Assembly: GCA_049472315.1 (NCBI GenBank)
Contig: JBLIRN010000042.1
Span: 1 to 24,159 of the forward strand
Direction: 5' to 3'
Length of the DNA: 24,159 bases
DNA from: a bacterium
Lineage (GTDB): Bacteria > SZUA-182 > DTGQ01 > JAFGSM01
Below are positions 9,810 to 19,211 of this stretch, in pieces (within the stretch, counting starts at the first letter, position 1; each line of letters begins with the position of its first letter). The notes below the pieces were generated by a model that worked only from the letters and a program-made list of their open reading frames with translations, had not been told where the DNA came from and did no database searches. The translations under genes were made by a program, and so were the position numbers.

Positions 9810-9837
9810 ATTATACCGATGCATACCGCCATACGAA
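9810..9837 (-). promoter_or_regulatory. Possible internal sigma-70 promoter for bamD and downstream genes
   Basis: Minus strand TTCGTA, 16 nt, TATAAT in the trpA-bamD gap. Confidence 0.4.
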
Positions 9838-9873
9838 CGAATGAACATCCCTTCTTCCTGTTATCAGTTCCCA

Positions 9874-10674
9874 TCACCGGCCCTCCATTGCACGTTTTAT
9901 GGTTGATGCGAATTCCCCGACCGCCTGTACGGCCCCTTCAGAAAAATCTTGCTCCTCCAGGATCTTGATGATGGCACTCCCGATAATAACCCCGTCGGCC
10001 CATTGGGCGATGCGGGCCGCCTGGTCAGGTCGCGACACCCCGAACCCGACTGCGATCGGCTTGTCGGTCATGGTCCTGATCAGGCTCAAATGCTCCCTGA
10101 TGGCGTCGGGAAGGTCATCCCGGGCACCGGTCACCCCGGTGACCGAAACATAGTAGATAAAACCGGTCGATCGCTCGGCAACGAGCCGAATCCTCCGCTC
10201 CGTGCTTGTCGGCGCGAGAAAGAACACCGTGGCCATCCCATGGGTACGCCCCAGGGCGATCAATTCCTCCCCTTCCTCCGGGGGAAGATCGGGGCAGATG
10301 AGCCCATCCACGCCCGCCTCGGTCATCATCCGCACCGCATTCTCGATCCCCGGATGCAGGATGGGATTATAGTAGCTCATCAAGGCGATCGGAATGTCGG
10401 TCTCCCTCCGAAGATCCTTGACGAACCGGCATATCCCGCTGAGGGTTATGCCGTTGGCCAACGCCCGCTGGGATGCGCGCTGAATGACCGACCCGTCCGC
10501 AAGGGGATCGGAGAAGGGGACACCGAGTTCCACAAGGTCGGCCCCGCTCCGTGCAAGGACCAGGACGAGCTTGCTGGTGACGCTAAGATCGGGATCTCCT
10601 GCGGTGACAAAGGGTATGAATACCTTACGCCCCTGCTCCCGCGCCCTCATGAATGTCTGGCTGATCCTATCCAT
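9874..10674 (-). CDS. trpA: Tryptophan synthase alpha chain
   Basis: [35 protein letters not shown] and DGVIIGSA. Overlaps the trpB stop. Confidence 0.97.
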   Translation of the reverse strand: MDRISQTFMRAREQGRKVFIPFVTAGDPDLSVTSKLVLVLARSGADLVELGVPFSDPLADGSVIQRASQRALANGITLSGICRFVKDLRRETDIPIALMSYYNPILHPGIENAVRMMTEAGVDGLICPDLPPEEGEELIALGRTHGMATVFFLAPTSTERRIRLVAERSTGFIYYVSVTGVTGARDDLPDAIREHLSLIRTMTDKPIAVGFGVSRPDQAARIAQWADGVIIGSAIIKILEEQDFSEGAVQAVGEFASTIKRAMEGR

Positions 10675-11881
10675 GGTTTTCCTCGATGATTCGGACGACC
10701 TCCTGCACGTCCTTATCGCCCCGTCCGGACAGGCATACCACGATGATCTTCTCCTTTTCCAGCGAGGGGGCGAGCTTTTTCAGATAGGCCAGGGCATGGG
10801 CGCTCTCCAGGGCGGGGATGATCCCTTCACGCTCCGAGCAGAGCCGGAATGCCTCCAGGGCCTCGCGGTCGGTGATCACCTCATAGCGCACCCTGCCTGA
10901 ATCCCTCAGGAGGCTGTGCTCGGGCCCCACCCCCGGATAATCGAGCCCCGCGGACACCGAGTGGGCGATCCGGATCTGCCCGCCGTCATCCTGGAGCAGG
11001 TAGCTCTTGCTCCCATGGAGGACCCCCACGGTGCCGTGGCAGAGGGGAGCGGCGTGTTTTCCCGTCTCGATACCCAGGCCCGCCGCCTCGATCCCAAACA
11101 TGGCAACGGACCGGTTGGGGAGAAAGTGGTAGAAGAGGCCCATCGAGTTGCTCCCGCCGCCCACGCAGGCAACAAGAAAATCGGGGTCCCGGCCTTCCGA
11201 TTCTTTGATCTGGCGCCCGGTCTCCTCCCCGATGACCGCCTGGAAATCCCGCACCATCATGGGATAGGGATGCGGCCCCGCCACCGACCCTATCACATAG
11301 TGGGTGTTCAGGACGGTGGTCACCCAGTCGCGGATCGCCTCGTTCATGGCATCCTTCAGGGTGCGGCTTCCCGCCTCCACCGGGGTGACGGTGGCGCCGA
11401 GGAGCTTCATGCGAAACACATTCAGGGCCTGCCGGTGGATGTCCTCGGTGCCCATGTAGATTTGGCATTCCAGCCCGAACATGGCCGCGGCCGTGGCAGT
11501 GGCCACACCGTGCTGTCCTGCGCCGGTCTCCGCAATGATGCGGGTCTTTCCCATTCGCCGGGCGAGGAGCACCTGGCCCAGGGTATTATTGATCTTGTGG
11601 GCACCGGTATGGCACAGGTCCTCCCGCTTGAGATAGATCCGGCCGCCCCCGAAATGCTCCGTCAGCCGCCTGGCGAAATAGAGCGGCGTGGGCCTTCCCG
11701 CATAATTACGCAGGTAATATCCGAGCTCATCCTGGAATTCCCTGTCCTGTTTTGCCTCCAGATAGGCCGCCTCGAGCTCCTCCAGGGCGGGCATAAGGGT
11801 CTCGGGCACATATTTCCCCCCGTATGGACCGAAATGGCCGGTTTGGTCAGGCTCGGTCGTGCGTTGTTCGTTCTTTGCCAT
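10667..11881 (-). CDS. trpB: Tryptophan synthase beta chain (TrpB1)
   Basis: [28 protein letters not shown] (PLP lysine), [22 protein letters not shown] and LSGRGDKD. Confidence 0.97.
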   Translation of the reverse strand: MAKNEQRTTEPDQTGHFGPYGGKYVPETLMPALEELEAAYLEAKQDREFQDELGYYLRNYAGRPTPLYFARRLTEHFGGGRIYLKREDLCHTGAHKINNTLGQVLLARRMGKTRIIAETGAGQHGVATATAAAMFGLECQIYMGTEDIHRQALNVFRMKLLGATVTPVEAGSRTLKDAMNEAIRDWVTTVLNTHYVIGSVAGPHPYPMMVRDFQAVIGEETGRQIKESEGRDPDFLVACVGGGSNSMGLFYHFLPNRSVAMFGIEAAGLGIETGKHAAPLCHGTVGVLHGSKSYLLQDDGGQIRIAHSVSAGLDYPGVGPEHSLLRDSGRVRYEVITDREALEAFRLCSEREGIIPALESAHALAYLKKLAPSLEKEKIIVVCLSGRGDKDVQEVVRIIEENHG

Positions 11882-11940
11882 TACACATCACCGGGTGCCC
11901 GCGCCATACATGGCACCGGGCACCCATCAAACAAAAATGA

Positions 11941-12030
11941 AGCCTCCCCGCAGCAAGCTGCGGGGTGTCAAAAAAGAACCTTGTATTGTCTCGAAGTAAA
12001 CTTCGGGCAATTAAACCCGAAGAGATTAAA
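11941..12030. repeat. Two-hairpin palindromic element (REP/PATE-like, possibly IS200/IS605-derived) between trpB2 and trpB
   Basis: CCCCGCAGC-AA-GCTGCGGGG (11946-11965) and CTTCGGG-N8-CCCGAAG (12001-12022) separated by an AT-rich spacer. Confidence 0.5.
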
Positions 12031-12035
12031 CGATT

Positions 12036-13397
12036 TCAATATCCGCTGATCACCGGAAGCCTGCTCAGCGCCTCCTTGATCTTGTCGCCGGGATGCTCGT
12101 AATCCTCAAGCTTCTTCGACAGATACGCATCGTAGGCGGCAAGGTCGAAATAGCCATGCCCGCTCAGGTTGAAGGCGATGACCTTCTCCACCCCTTCCTC
12201 CTTGCACCGCATGGCCTCTTCAATGGCCGCCTTGATCGCATGGGCGGCCTCAGGCGCTGGGATGATCCCCTCGGTCCTTGCAAAGAGCAGGGCGCTGTCG
12301 AACACCGGGTTCTGATGATAGGCTACCGCCTCCACGATCCCCTGCTTCACCAGATGACTCAGCAAGGGGGCGTCACCGTGGTACCGGAGTCCCCCGGCGT
12401 GGATTCCCGCCGGCACGAAGTCGTGGCCCAGGGTATACATCTTCATGAGCGGGGTCATCTGGGCGGTGTCCCCGAAGTCATAGCGGAATTCCCCCTTGGT
12501 AAAGGTGGGGCATGCGGTGGGTTCAACCGCCACGAACCGGATATCCGCGCCCGCCATCTTGTCCCTGACAAAGGGGATCATGAAGCCGCCGTAATTGCTC
12601 CCCCCGCCGCAGCACCCGATAATGACATTCGGTTTCACCCCTATGCGCTCGAACTGCGTCTTGGTCTCCAGCCCCACGACTGTCTGGTGCAGGAGGACGT
12701 GGTTCAGCACGCTCCCCAGGGAGTAATTGGTGCCCTCGTGGGTGGCGGCGTCCTCAACCGCCTCGCTGATGGCGATACCAAGGCTCCCCAGCGAATCGGG
12801 GTCCTTCTCCAGGATCCCACGGCCGGCCTGGGTGTCGGTGCTGGGGCTGGGGACGACCGTGCTTCCCCACACCTCCATCATGGATCGGCGATAGGGCTTC
12901 TGCTGGTAGCTCACCTTCACCATGTACACCTTGCACTCGAGGCCGAAGTGCTTGCAGGCAAAGCTGAGCGCGCTTCCCCACTGGCCCGCCCCGGTCTCCG
13001 TGGCAAGGCGCTTGACTCCCGCCTTCTTGTTGTAGTAAGCCTGGGCCACCGCGGTATTGGGCTTGTGGCTCCCCGGAGGGCTTACCCCTTCGTACTTGTA
13101 ATAGATCTTCGCAGGCGTGTCCAGGGCCTTCTCCAGATTGAAGGCGCGGAACATCGGCGTCGGCCTCCACAGGCTGTAGATGTCGAGCAGCTCGTCGGGA
13201 ATGGGAATCTCCGCCTGAGGGCTCATCTCCTGCTCGATGAGGCTCATGGGAAATATGGCGGCAAGGTCCTTGGGATCAATCGGTTGCTTCGTACCGGGAT
13301 TCAGCGGTGGTGCAAGCGGGATCTTCAGCTCGGGCAAGATATTATACCAGTAGCGGGGTATCTCTTTCTCAGAAAGGAGAATCTTCCGTTCATGCAT
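12036..13397 (-). CDS. trpB2: TrpB-like PLP-dependent enzyme (TrpB2)
   Basis: [48 protein letters not shown] and FNLSGHG. GAGGAGG RBS before ATG 13397. Confidence 0.95.
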   Translation of the reverse strand: MHERKILLSEKEIPRYWYNILPELKIPLAPPLNPGTKQPIDPKDLAAIFPMSLIEQEMSPQAEIPIPDELLDIYSLWRPTPMFRAFNLEKALDTPAKIYYKYEGVSPPGSHKPNTAVAQAYYNKKAGVKRLATETGAGQWGSALSFACKHFGLECKVYMVKVSYQQKPYRRSMMEVWGSTVVPSPSTDTQAGRGILEKDPDSLGSLGIAISEAVEDAATHEGTNYSLGSVLNHVLLHQTVVGLETKTQFERIGVKPNVIIGCCGGGSNYGGFMIPFVRDKMAGADIRFVAVEPTACPTFTKGEFRYDFGDTAQMTPLMKMYTLGHDFVPAGIHAGGLRYHGDAPLLSHLVKQGIVEAVAYHQNPVFDSALLFARTEGIIPAPEAAHAIKAAIEEAMRCKEEGVEKVIAFNLSGHGYFDLAAYDAYLSKKLEDYEHPGDKIKEALSRLPVISGY

Positions 13398-13430
13398 GGT
13401 ATTCCTCCTCATCCATGAATAATGTAATTA

Positions 13431-13754
13431 TCAACCCTCGGCGGTTTCCGTCGCATCCATGATCAATTTCAGTTTATACTGATCCAGAAAGGCCCGGTCT
13501 GCGGATGTCAACTCGAAGCGGATCTCTTCCTCGTCCGAATCGAACAGTATCTCGTGGGTTCCGTCAGCGTGCGAATACAGGCCGAGACCGATGACCATGG
13601 ACAGATCCACTCCCATACCGAGTATCCTGATCTGATGGAGTATCTCCTGGACCTCCTCGGAATGGGAGAGGTTGTCGTTGATCACCTCACCAAGTCGTTT
13701 GAAAAGCTTCTTCAATTCGTTCCTGTTTTCGTGAGCGTTGGCGTCAAATGACAT
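13431..13754 (-). CDS. Small acidic hypothetical protein (107 aa)
   Basis: GGAG RBS, co-oriented and tightly packed between proS and trpB2. No function recognised. Confidence 0.8.
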   Translation of the reverse strand: MSFDANAHENRNELKKLFKRLGEVINDNLSHSEEVQEILHQIRILGMGVDLSMVIGLGLYSHADGTHEILFDSDEEEIRFELTSADRAFLDQYKLKLIMDATETAEG

Positions 13755-13772
13755 TGCTCCACAACCCCTTTC

Positions 13773-15524
13773 TTATGGGCATGATTCCAAAAGGGAGGCG
13801 ATTTCTCGCTCCCTGGCCGCGATCATCTCTTGTATCTCATAGATCACCCGGCCGCGATCCACCCTGACCGCCTCTTTCGAATCCCGCCATTTAAGCTCGA
13901 TCTTTCCCTCCCTCAACGATTTTATCCCCACCGTGACCCGCAGGGGAAGCCCCACCAGGTCCGCATCCTTGAATTTGATGCCCGGGCTTTCATCCCGGTC
14001 ATCGATGAGCACATCAACCCCCTCCTTCAGGAGATCATGGTAGATCTCCTCCGCCGCACCCGAGACATCCTCGTTGTCCATATTGAGGGGAAGCAGGTGC
14101 ACCTGAAAGGGCGCAATGGGCAGGGGCCATATGATGCCGTCCCCGTCATGGTTCTGCTCTATAGACGCGGCCATGGTCCTTCCGACCCCTATGCCGTAGC
14201 ATCCCATGACCATGAACCGGTCCTTGCCCTCCTCGTCGAGGAATGTCGCCTTCATTGCCTTGCTGTACTTCGTACCCAGCTTGAATACATGTCCCACCTC
14301 GATCCCCCGGTGCATGTTCAATGTCCCTCCGCACCGCGGGCACGGGTCCCCCACGGTGACCACGCGCAGGTCCGCGAACCGCTCGGGGGTGACGTCGCGG
14401 CCGATGTCCACATTGATCAGGTGCGTGTCCCCCTTGTTGGCGCCCACCACCACGTTGTGCATCCCGCACACCGAAAGGTCCGCGAGAAGCGTTATCCCCT
14501 TAAGTCCCACCGGGCCGGAAAACCCGCTCGGCGCGCCGGTGACCGCCTGCACGACGGCCTCGTCGGCGAGTACCACCTCCGGGACCCCCAGGAGATTCCG
14601 CAGCTTTACCTCGTTGACCTCGTGATCACCCCGCACCAGCACCGCCACCGTGGTGCCGTCGTGGGTGTAAATGAGGGTCTTGACCAGCTCCTCGGGACGC
14701 CGCCCCAGAAAGGCGCACACCTCGTCCACCGCCTTCTTGCCGGGTGTTTCCACCTCCTCCATGGCCTTCATCCCTGCCCCACCGGGATCCGGACCTTCCG
14801 CCGGGGCAGGACACTCCGCCTTCTCCAGGTTCGATGCATAGGTGCAGGACGAACAGCTCACAATGGAATCCTCCCCGGAATCGGCAAGCACCATGAATTC
14901 GTGGGAGAAGCTCCCCCCTATGGGGCCGGTGTCCGCCTCCACCGGCCTGAACACGAGGCCGCAGCGGGTGAATATCCGGTTGTAGGCCGTGTACATCAGG
15001 GAATAGGAGCGTTCGGCGCCCTGCTCATCCCTGTCGAAGCTGTAGGCGTCTTTCATCATGAATTCCCTTCCCCGCATCAGGCCGAACCTGGGCCGGATCT
15101 CGTCCCTGAACTTCGTCTGGATCTGGTAGAGGTTCACCGGAAGCTGGCGGTAGGAGCGGACCTCCCGACGCACCAGGTCGGTGATGACCTCCTCGTGGGT
15201 GGGACCCAGGCAGAATTGCCGGTCGTGCCGGTCCACCACCCGCATCAACTCCTTCCCGTACACATCCCACCTGCCGCTCTCCTGCCACAACTCCGCAGGG
15301 CAAAGCACGGGCAAAAACACCTCCTGGGCGCCCGCCCGGTCCATCTCCTCGCGGATGATCCGCTCGATCCTCTTCATCACCCGCCATCCCAGGGGAAGAA
15401 AGTCATAGATCCCCGCGGCGAGCTTCCTGATCATCCCGGCGCGCATCATGAGGGCATGGCTTACGACCTCGGCCTCTCCCGGGGACTCCCTGAGCGTGGT
15501 CAGCAACAACTGTGAATACCGCAC
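13773..15524 (-). CDS. proS: Proline--tRNA ligase, bacterial type with INS editing domain
   Basis: [48 protein letters not shown] and [20 protein letters not shown] before GTG. Confidence 0.98.
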   Translation of the reverse strand: MRYSQLLLTTLRESPGEAEVVSHALMMRAGMIRKLAAGIYDFLPLGWRVMKRIERIIREEMDRAGAQEVFLPVLCPAELWQESGRWDVYGKELMRVVDRHDRQFCLGPTHEEVITDLVRREVRSYRQLPVNLYQIQTKFRDEIRPRFGLMRGREFMMKDAYSFDRDEQGAERSYSLMYTAYNRIFTRCGLVFRPVEADTGPIGGSFSHEFMVLADSGEDSIVSCSSCTYASNLEKAECPAPAEGPDPGGAGMKAMEEVETPGKKAVDEVCAFLGRRPEELVKTLIYTHDGTTVAVLVRGDHEVNEVKLRNLLGVPEVVLADEAVVQAVTGAPSGFSGPVGLKGITLLADLSVCGMHNVVVGANKGDTHLINVDIGRDVTPERFADLRVVTVGDPCPRCGGTLNMHRGIEVGHVFKLGTKYSKAMKATFLDEEGKDRFMVMGCYGIGVGRTMAASIEQNHDGDGIIWPLPIAPFQVHLLPLNMDNEDVSGAAEEIYHDLLKEGVDVLIDDRDESPGIKFKDADLVGLPLRVTVGIKSLREGKIELKWRDSKEAVRVDRGRVIYEIQEMIAAREREIASLLESCP

Positions 15525-15573
15525 ATCCGCCTCCTGAAATAAGTCACGAGGAATTCAATGAAAAAATCGTTTT

Positions 15574-15602
15574 ATTGTACCTGAAAAACCGCACCCACGC
15601 AA
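15574..15602 (-). promoter_or_regulatory. Sigma-70 promoter for the proS operon
   Basis: Minus strand TTGCGT, 17 nt, TACAAT about 50 nt upstream of proS. Confidence 0.6.
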
Positions 15603-15705
15603 GATGAGGTGCACCCTATCTCTCATCCAATGTGTCTCATTTTAAGCGGCCGCAAGGGAACTGAATATACTCAGGAGCTGAAAACAACTCTATCAGAAAG
15701 GGGTA

Positions 15706-16200
15706 TCAGAAGCATACCCGGAATGATGTGTAGTACGTTATGTGAAGAACTCGGGGCAGATCAGCAAGCATGACTATCTTGATGTCTTTAATCTCTTTCA
15801 TGTCCATGTCGTTGGTGAGGATGGCGTCGCAATCGGTGGAGAGGGCCGCAGCGATTTGAAAGGAATCTGCTAACGACAGATTGCAGGAAGCTCTAAGCTA
15901 GGCGGCCTTTTGCGCAATCTTTTGATCAATGGGTACAAAAATGGTATTTTTGCCGCTGACGATAAGGTCGGAGAAGCTTTTTGCAGATCAGGAAGATTGA
16001 GCCGGCAGGGTTGAACCAGACATTCCGCAAGCGTTATCGGTGAGGTAAAAGCGCTCAGTTTTCCCTTGTCAATCCGATCAAAGACAGGCCGGAGGTGTTT
16101 TGCGTAAGTGGGATGTTTCTCGACGAAATATATAAGCGGTGCAGTATCGAGAAAAAGACGTTTTACTTCCTGAAAGATATCATCCCATATATCCGTGCCT
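15706..16200 (-). pseudogene. vapC: VapC/PIN-domain toxin pseudogene (frameshift near 15975 plus in-frame TAG at 15900-15898)
   Basis: N-terminal half LFLDTAPLIYFVE...SPITLAECL. After a 1-nt shift it continues FSDLIVSGKNTIFVPIDQKIAQKAA*LRASCNLSLADSFQIAAA...ILTND, completing the PIN acidic motifs. Confidence 0.85.
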
Positions 16201-16446
16201 TTACCTTCGGTGCCTTTCCCGGCTTTCATCAGACTCCTTTCTGCTCCGTGTCACCCATGTCTGGGCATCTGCACCCGTTAGGGGATAGCGTGCCTTGCCG
16301 TATATTTCGCGCCACCGTCTTTTCTTTACGATGACCCCGGGCGTAATTTGCACATTCTTAATCAGATGGGCGATAAGATCCGGGTTCTCTTCGGGAGTAA
16401 GCCCGGCTGCCTTTTCCTTTAACTCGTTCAAAATACTTACACGCAT
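16201..16446 (-). CDS. Putative VapB-type antitoxin
   Basis: GGAGG RBS before ATG 16446. Small protein directly upstream of the PIN gene, with LTPEE..LIAHL and GADAQTWVTRSR motifs typical of PIN-linked antitoxins. Confidence 0.7.
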   Translation of the reverse strand: MRVSILNELKEKAAGLTPEENPDLIAHLIKNVQITPGVIVKKRRWREIYGKARYPLTGADAQTWVTRSRKESDESRERHRR

Positions 16447-16504
16447 TGTGCGCTCCTCCATTTACTTTTGTTTTCAATAAGATTATAAGCTTTTTCTCCT
16501 TATC

Positions 16505-16558
16505 GTCAATTTTCAGCAGCACCTTGCCGGTTAAAAGGCCTTGCATGAGGCTTTTTTG
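16505..16558 (-). pseudogene. Remnant of a type I restriction-modification specificity subunit (HsdS) C-terminus
   Basis: Translates QKSLMQGLLTGKVLLK, resembling the HsdS terminal motif KKGLMQxLLTGKxRV. Very short match. Confidence 0.55.
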
Positions 16559-16602
16559 ATAGTCTGATTTTATAGGCGTATTTTCCCCACCCTGGCGGTG
16601 GC

Positions 16603-16701
16603 CTAATAATCCCATTTCCCGTGGATGCCGATCCCTCCCTGGGAATCCGATCCGGTCTCGCTTTCCACGGTGATGCTCGGGGTAAGCTCAACCTCGACCG
16701 A
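16603..16701 (-). pseudogene. Remnant of a TamB (DUF490) C-terminus
   Basis: Translates SVEVELTPSITVESETGSDSQGGIGIHGKWDY*, resembling the TamB terminal beta-strands ending WDY. Absent from the ORF track (longest ATG ORF 54 aa, 16767-16603). Confidence 0.65.
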
Positions 16702-16848
16702 AAAGGTGCTGCCCGGGGAGGGGCTGACCATCGCCTGGCCGCTTTGCACCGCAGCGGGAAGCCTCATCGTGATTGCCGTAGGGTACTGCTCCTATCGGTT
16801 CCGGAAGATGCTTTTAGGGTAACCTCGGGTTTTTACAGCTAATAATCC

Positions 16849-16877
16849 TTGACGATATTATCTTTTCAGGTTATTAT
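16849..16877 (+). promoter_or_regulatory. Sigma-70 promoter of higBA, probably giving a leaderless mRNA
   Basis: TTGACG (16849-16854), 17 nt, TATTAT (16872-16877). Predicted +1 falls on the GTG at 16884 and there is no Shine-Dalgarno. Confidence 0.6.
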
Positions 16878-16883
16878 AGTATT

Positions 16884-17165
16884 GTGATAAGGTCATTCAA
16901 ATGCAAACAGACAGAAAAAATATTCAGTGGACGTTTTTCCAGGAATTTGCCTCAAGATATTCAACGGGTCGCTGAACGAAAACTTATCATGATCCATAGA
17001 GCCGGAGACCTTAAAGACCTTCGAGTCCCTCCGTCAAATCACCTTGAGGCATTGAAGGGAAACCGGAAAGGACAACACGGTATCAGGATTAACGACCAAT
17101 GGCGCATCTGCTTCGAATGGCATGATGACGGCGTTTATAACGTAGAAATAACTGACTATCATTGA
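16884..17165 (+). CDS. higB: HigB toxin (RelE/ParE superfamily, plasmid maintenance killer type)
   Basis: MIRSF, DLRVPPSNHLEALKGNRKGQHGIRINDQWRICF and VEITDYH; toxin-first gene order. Confidence 0.95.
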   Translation: MIRSFKCKQTEKIFSGRFSRNLPQDIQRVAERKLIMIHRAGDLKDLRVPPSNHLEALKGNRKGQHGIRINDQWRICFEWHDDGVYNVEITDYH

Positions 17166-17178
17166 GAGGTGATATGCT

Positions 17179-17475
17179 ATGAGAGATTTCCCCCCAACGC
17201 ATCCCGGCGAAATTCTTCTTGAGGAATTCTTAAAGCCGATGGGCATTAGCCAGTACCGGCTTGCCAAGGATATAGGAGTTCCCGCTATGCGGATCAATAA
17301 GATTATCCGAGGTGAGCGAGGCATTAGCGCCGATACCGCTCTGCGGCTTGCCCGTTACTTTGGCATGTCGGTCGAGTTTTGGACAGGCATTCAAACCCAC
17401 TATGACACTGAAATAGCTAAAATGGAACTGGCCGACCGTCTGGAGAAAGAAGTAAAGGTTCTACAGAAGACGTGA
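17179..17475 (+). CDS. higA: HigA antitoxin (Xre HTH)
   Basis: PTHPGEILLEEFLKPMGISQYRLAKDIGV, ISADTALRLARYFG and FW..Q..YD. GAGGTG RBS. Confidence 0.95.
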   Translation: MRDFPPTHPGEILLEEFLKPMGISQYRLAKDIGVPAMRINKIIRGERGISADTALRLARYFGMSVEFWTGIQTHYDTEIAKMELADRLEKEVKVLQKT

Positions 17476-17565
17476 GAAACCCTTGCGCAGTATATCATTA
17501 AGGCCACGGTCAGCCGGGACCGGATGCTCTATGACCGGGAAATCCACAAGGTCTTTTATAAGACC
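17476..17565 (+). mobile_element. Internal fragment of an IS91-family (Y2) transposase
   Basis: Translates ETLAQYIIKATVSRDRMLYDREIHKVFYKT, resembling the Y2 transposase segment LARYIIRAxFSQERMxY...KVxY (family assignment from recall). Confidence 0.55.
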
Positions 17566-17662
17566 TCCTATACATAGCATTACAAGCGTTGACTCTATAA
17601 AACAATACGTCATGTCCATATAGGCGTAAATTACCGTTTTAAATAGGCTGCTATCGCTGCGC

Positions 17663-18976
17663 CTACACCCCGGCGACCGTTCCCCACACGCCCGCCGGGG
17701 TGATCCGCTGCGGTCTCACCATGACCAGCCGATTCACCATCTCCTCGCCCGCCTCCACGAACACAGGGATGTAGTTCCCGGTAAGGGCCGTCCTGTACCC
17801 CCGCCGGGGACCGGCCTGCCCCAGCACCAGGGCCTCCAGGTCCCTTCCCAGGAACCGGGACCGGAACGCCGCCCTCTTTTCCCTGCCGATGCGCCGCAGA
17901 TGTGCGCTCCGCTCCTTCTTGACGACCCCGTCCACCTGGCAGGGCATCAGTGCGGCAGGTGTGCCCGGCCGGGGTGAATAGCTGAACACGTGCAGGTAGG
18001 CAAGGGGAAGGGACTCCACCACCCGGCAGGTGTCCGCGAAATCCTCCTCCGATTCCCCGGGGAATCCCACCATCACATCGGCGCCGATCCCTGCGTCCGG
18101 GCATCCCAGAAGGATCTCCCGCACAACCTCCCCATACTCCCCCGGGGAATATCCCCGGCCCATACGCTGCAACACCCCTGCGCTCCCGCTCTGCAGGGGG
18201 ATATGGAAATGGGGGCATACCCTGGAGGACGCACCGATGAGGCGAAGCAGCTCAGGGGTGAATTCGTTCGGCTCGATGGAGGAGAGGCGCAGCCTGTTCA
18301 TGCCGCAGTTGTCAAGCAAAAGGGTGAGCAACTCATGGAGATACCGCTGCGGGCGCAGGTCCCTCCCGTACCTGCCCAGGTGAATACCCGTGAGCACGAT
18401 CTCCCGGTACCCTGCACGCCACAGGCCCTCCACCTGGGCGGCAATATGCTCCATCGGGGCGCTGCGCGCCGGTCCCCGTGCCCTCGGCACGATGCAATAG
18501 GCGCAGTGCGCATCGCACCCCTCCTGGACCTTGATAAACGCCCGGGTATACTCCGCAAACCGCTGGATGGCCATGGGCGCCAGGGGCTCCCGTTCCGGGC
18601 CCCAGCAGGTGACCATGACCCTGGCCCTTTCCTCCCTGCTGAGCCCCGTGAAGATCGAGCAATCCGCCTTCTCCCGGTTTCCGATGACCGCGCACACGCC
18701 GGGTATCGCCGCAAAGGCCTGGGGATTGACCTGTGCCGCGCACCCGGTCACGATCACCTTTCCCTCGGGATTTGCCCGGACCGCCTTTCTCACCGCGTTC
18801 CTGGAGTGGTGCTCGCTCTTTGCGGTCACCGTGCAGGTGTTGATCACATACACCTCCGCCTCGGAGGGGAAGGGGACCACCGTGTACCCGTTTTCCTCGA
18901 ACCACTGGGCCACATAGGCCGTTTCGAACTGGTTGAGCTTGCAACCCAACGTATGGAGCGATACGCGAAACCTCAT
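17663..18976 (-). CDS. mtaB: tRNA t6A37 methylthiotransferase MtaB (radical SAM)
   Basis: HTLGCKLNQFET, INTCTVT, RAFIKVQEGCDAHCAYC (CX3CX2C), LTGIHLG, RLRLSSIEP and HVFSYSPRPGT. Confidence 0.93.
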   Translation of the reverse strand: MRFRVSLHTLGCKLNQFETAYVAQWFEENGYTVVPFPSEAEVYVINTCTVTAKSEHHSRNAVRKAVRANPEGKVIVTGCAAQVNPQAFAAIPGVCAVIGNREKADCSIFTGLSREERARVMVTCWGPEREPLAPMAIQRFAEYTRAFIKVQEGCDAHCAYCIVPRARGPARSAPMEHIAAQVEGLWRAGYREIVLTGIHLGRYGRDLRPQRYLHELLTLLLDNCGMNRLRLSSIEPNEFTPELLRLIGASSRVCPHFHIPLQSGSAGVLQRMGRGYSPGEYGEVVREILLGCPDAGIGADVMVGFPGESEEDFADTCRVVESLPLAYLHVFSYSPRPGTPAALMPCQVDGVVKKERSAHLRRIGREKRAAFRSRFLGRDLEALVLGQAGPRRGYRTALTGNYIPVFVEAGEEMVNRLVMVRPQRITPAGVWGTVAGV

Positions 18977-18996
18977 TGTAATCCTTGATTTTTTCC

Positions 18997-19025
18997 TTGA
19001 CAAACGGTATAAGCAATGATACCAT
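18997..19025 (+). promoter_or_regulatory. Sigma-70 promoter whose -10 overlaps a minus-strand extended -10 that could drive mtaB
   Basis: Plus strand: TTGACA (18997-19002), 17 nt, TACCAT (19020-19025), with a TGn extension. Minus strand: TGgTATCAT (19024-19016). Confidence 0.6.
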
Positions 19026-19211
19026 CAAAATGGGTATCTTTATAGAGTACGACCGGTCTATCTACGGCCCAAATGGAACGATCACGGGGTACGTGAACCC
19101 CCGCGTCCGGATGGCCGGTCACACATATCACACCATGCACTCATTAGGGGGTGAGGCGCGCAACGTTTTCCTTTCCAACAGTATGGTATTCATTCAACGT
19201 CCCGTTTCAGC

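Noticed and set aside
11882..12035. trp attenuator or T-box before trpB
   Set aside because: No Trp-codon leader peptide, T-box motif or properly placed U-tailed terminator was seen.
13830..15515. Long antisense ORFs (561 aa here; also 12093-13418, 10916-12049, 1492-2739, 17990-18988)
   Set aside because: They mirror well-supported genes on the other strand, have no motifs, and are expected from GC-rich codon bias.
17473..17475. higA TGA as Sec or programmed readthrough
   Set aside because: No Cys/redox context and HigA is already full length. The open frame beyond it is better explained as a transposase scar.
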